Below are positions 61,510 through 64,000 of a stretch of 64,000 nucleotides of DNA, piece by piece; the stretch's first letter is position 1, and each line of letters starts with the position of its first letter. The DNA is from Chiloscyllium plagiosum. Taxonomy: Eukaryota. The translations under genes were made by a program, and so were the position numbers. Where the stretch lies: NCBI RefSeq assembly GCF_004010195.1, contig NC_057718.1, positions 72,407,018 to 72,471,017 on the forward strand. Direction: 5' to 3'. The notes below the pieces were generated by a model, which made no database searches, was not told where the DNA came from, and worked only from the letters and a program-made list of their open reading frames with translations.

Positions 61510-62340
61510 ATATCACACGTTGTAGGTTAAGTCTGTGGGCAAAAAGTTGGTAAATAAGGGAAAATGTGAAGTTGTTCCATTTTCGAAGTGAGACAAAAAG
61601 AATAATATTATTTAAATGGAGAAAACCTGAAGAAAGCTGCAACACATGGACTTGGGGATAATTGTGCATGAAACACAGGTGCAGTGGGTAATCAAGAAGG
61701 CTAATAGAATGTTGCCCCTTATTTTCAAGGGATTGAAATATAAGAGCAGGGACTGCAACTTACAAGGTGCTGGTGAGACTGCACCTGTGGTTCTATGTGC
61801 TATTTAAGTTCATTTATTTAAGGAGTGATATTAATTCATTGGAGCTAGTTCAGAGAAGATTCTCTAGGATGATCCCTGGTATGAAAGGGTTGTCTTATGA
61901 CAAAGGCTAAACATATTTGGAACTCTGATCATTGGAGTTTAGAGAGTGAGAAGTGATCTCATTGAAACTTACAGGATTCTTAAGAGTTTGACAGGGTAAA
62001 TGCTGAGAGGATGTTTCCCGTCATGGGAAAATCTACCACCAAGTTAGATAGTGTCTCATTCTCAGAACAAACAGGTGGCAATTTAAGACTGAAGTAAGGA
62101 GGAATTTATTTTGAGGGTTGAGAGTCTTCGAAACTCTGTGTCACAGATAGCTGTCGGGGTAGAGTCCTTGTGTACATTTAAGGCTGAGACAGATAGATTC
62201 TTGATCCTAAGGGGAGTCTAGGGTTATGCTGGAACGGTAGGAAAGTGATCCTGATGAATATTAGATCAGATGTGATCCTATTGAATGACAAGCTCAATGG
62301 CCAAACAGTCTAATCCTATTCCTATTTTGTATGGTCTTCT
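61510..62340 (+). mobile_element. Decayed CR1-type LINE 3' end
   Basis: YKVLVRLHL and KKANRML remnants; CR1-like 3' UTR. Confidence 0.78.
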
Positions 62341-62350
62341 GTTGATTTAG

Positions 62351-62969
62351 GAGAAAGTGAGGACTGCAGATGCTGGAGATCAGAGCTTAAAAATGTGTTG
62401 CTGGAAAAGCGCAGCAGGTCAGGCAGCATCAAAGGAGAAGGAGAATCGACGTTTCGGGCATAAGCCCTTCTTCAGGAATGAGGAGGATGTGCCAAGCAGG
62501 CTAAGCTAAAAGGTAGGGAGGATGGACTTGGGGGAGGAGCGTTGGGAATGCGATAGGTGGAAGGAGNNNNNNNNNNNNNNNNNNNNNNNNNNNNNNNNNN
62601 NNNNNNNNNNNNNNNNNNNNNNNNNNNNNNNNNNNNNNNNNNNNNNNNNNNNNNNNNNNNNNNNNNNNNNNNNNNNNNNNNNNNNNNNNNNNNNNNNNNN
62701 NNNNNNNNNNNNNNNNNNACCGCCTTCTTGACCTGCAATCTTCTTCCCGACCTCTCCGCCCCCACCCCCTCTCCGGCCTATCACCCTCACCTTAACCTCC
62801 TTCCACCTATCGCATTCTCAACGCCCCTCCCCCAAGTCCCTCCTCCCTACCTTTTAGCTTAGCCTGCTTGGCACATCCTCCTCATTCCTGAAGAAGGGCT
62901 TATGCCCGAAACGTCGATTCTCCTTCTCCTTTGATGCTGCCTGACCTGCTGCGCTTTTCCAGCAACACA
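62351..62969. mobile_element. Fold-back Penelope-like insertion with inverted arms and a 14-bp TSD
   Basis: TSD ttctgttgatttag at 62337-62350 and 62970-62983; hammerhead motifs at 62444-62479 (-) and 62884-62919 (+); centre is an N gap. Confidence 0.87.
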
Positions 62970-63290
62970 TTCTGTTGATTTAGTCAAGCTTCCAACTTAG
63001 GGATTCGCAATAAGTGCTGGCCAGCCTGTGATGCCTATGCCCCACGAGTGAATAAAATGAAAGTGGTTTCATTACAATTTTATAACAAGGTTGAGAGTTG
63101 ATAAAGGGAGTAGTAATTAATTGAAAATGATCAGGGCTTCAGTATAACATCCTTGTCAAATTCCAAAGCTTTTTGGTTATAAAGTTAATGATTTTCTACT
63201 TGAGCACATTTAAGGACTTGAAAGCTTTAAGTCCTACTTTCCACAATTTCATGTGCTGCAAGCACTCCTTTTTGTTTTGGTTTTTATTAG

Positions 63291-63464
63291 GTGTCTGATC
63301 GACAAAAAATTGTCACTGTGGATGCTGGAAAGCGAGTAATATCCCCTGCAGGCCTGCAGCAAAATATTGATGCTTTGGTGAAGAAATACAATTTGTCACG
63401 GGCTTTTGTGCGTCCATCCGGTACAGAAGATGTGGTCCGAGTTTATGCTGAAGCTGACACCCAG
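63291..63464 (+). CDS. PGM3: PGM3 coding exon with the phosphate-binding loop [17 protein letters not shown], 174 nt; ends at a GC donor
   Basis: tttattAG acceptor; homology ends at ...EADTQ, followed by CAG|GCAAGT. Confidence 0.95.
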
Positions 63465-64000
63465 GCAAGTGTGGCATTGAAAATCAATTGATTCAGGGTA
63501 AAGTTGTATTGCTCTAATGTTGTAAGATTTAGGGATTTTTGAGGAATTTTAATTATTTTAAATCAAATAACTAGGTTTTGAATTCTTAACTGAGAATCCT
63601 ACTGTTGCAACTTATGTCTAACCAGTTATCAACAAGTGGTATTTATGATTCAGTCTGAATTTATAAGGCATATGTTATATATGTGTTATACATACTTAAC
63701 AAAATGCTGTGAAGATAGTAAAGATCCTTCGAGTGCTACTGTGGCTCAGTGGTTAGCATTGCTGCCCCACAGCCTGGTTAGGAGGCTAAGACATTATCTG
63801 ACCTCAGTGATTAAATCAGGTTTTTTGGGAGTAAAACTGTAGCAGAAAACGAATACAAGTTTCACTTGATCCAAGAATTATGAGGTTGCATCTTCTTAGA
63901 TATACAAATTTAAGATGCAACACTGAAAATTCCCCTTATGTAATGAAACAATCTGCTTTAAACTGGTATCAAATATAAATTCCACTATTTCATTTGAAGT

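Overview
Eukaryotic (vertebrate) genomic DNA, almost certainly from a shark or ray: it is dense in HE1-type tRNA-derived SINEs and CR1/HER1-type LINEs. The window holds ten consecutive + strand coding exons of PGM3 (phosphoacetylglucosamine mutase). They splice in frame and contain the DGDADR, EANGHG and RPSGTE motifs. The exon with the catalytic serine and the last exon lie outside the window, and the final visible donor is a non-canonical GC. The introns are mostly nested transposon remnants: CR1 LINEs, SINEs, Gypsy LTR elements and solo LTRs, and Penelope-like elements (PLEs) carrying minimal hammerhead ribozyme motifs. The most unusual structure is at 25098-28361. There, seven 3' ends of a Tx1/L1-clade retrotransposon are stacked head-to-tail at one 13-bp site overlapping the predicted TATA box of a Gypsy 5' LTR, while the matching site in the 3' LTR is empty. 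This suggests an LTR-promoter-targeting, site-specific retrotransposon. Also notable are TSD-flanked fold-back PLE insertions and a 400-bp inverted templated duplication. All of this was read by eye with no database searches. Exon and TSD coordinates were counted, while other transposon boundaries are approximate.
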